Shown: one piece after another, positions 63,399-64,000 of the stretch | Position numbering within the stretch: the stretch's first letter is position 1 | Layout of the letters: each line of letters opens with the position of its first letter | Source of the DNA: Eledone cirrhosa | Taxonomy: Eukaryota | DNA: 64,000 nucleotides | Assembly: GCA_964016885.1 (NCBI GenBank) | Contig: OZ024746.1 | Location: 8,184,001 to 8,248,000 of the forward strand | Reading direction: 5' to 3' | Position numbers and translations under genes: made by a program | The notes under the pieces: model-generated | Databases searched by the model: none | Told to the model about the DNA's origin: nothing | What the model saw: the letters and a program-made list of their open reading frames with translations, nothing else

Positions 63399-64000
63399 GT
63401 AAGTGATTTCATTTTTATATTTATTCTTGTTTACCTCTTGTATCTGTTGTATATTAATTATTTTGATATTTTTTGAAACCCTTTCGTTAGCATATTTTTA
63501 ATGAATCACACTACCTATAATTTTGACAGAAATGAAGAGTTTGGAGGGATTTAGTAATATAACTTTCACATTAACTAAACTGGTATTTGGAACATAACAA
63601 AGATGCTTACATGAAATTATAACGAAATGTTTTAAACACTTTAAAATAATTTTGTATTGCAGAATGAGAGGCAATTTGGTATCAAAAGGGTTAAATATGC
63701 TAAATTTTCTCACCTACTTGTGTAGATTTGTACATCTACTGAGATATTGTTGTCACTACTTCAGCAAGTACAGTAAAGACTATCCTTAGCTGAGGAAGTT
63801 CAAAATATTTCTCTGAGTTGTCTCCAGTACTTGGAGTAATTATTAAAATATTACTTGCTGAGCTTGTGTTGTCTTTTCCTCATCCCATAACTATTTCTAA
63901 TTACCATAAATACTTGTATGGTAATTATCCAAAATTAGACAAAAATTCACTGATAAAATAATGGGGTAGACTTTATTTTGTTGATATCAATTTTTTACAT

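Overview
AT-rich, intron-containing animal genomic DNA; the SINE and microsatellite landscape suggests an octopod cephalopod (inference). Three spliced protein genes were reconstructed by hand with consistent GT-AG phases: a complete CENP-M orthologue (+, 6 exons, 439-8276, 179 aa), a complete cathepsin Z/X (-, 7 exons, 38954-15516, 302 aa) and the 5' nine coding exons of RRN3/TIF-IA (+, from 54337, running off the window). Almost all ORFs in the supplied track are spurious. The rest is mobile DNA: tRNA-derived SINEs, RTE LINE ends, a mariner, a Helitron, a Merlin remnant, hAT/pogo/piggyBac MITEs, a solo LTR, four minisatellites and two Penelope-like elements (PLEs). The most striking signal is a dense set of type I hammerhead ribozyme motifs (over ten copies counting mirrored, duplicated and decayed ones) in PLE 3' regions and in tiny (TA)n-embedded fold-back elements. 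They include canonical cores, a U3-A8 compensated core repeated at 677-bp spacing (retrozyme-like geometry) and position-4 variants, with several copies inside cathepsin Z intron 3. All RNA structures were folded by eye and none is shown to be active.
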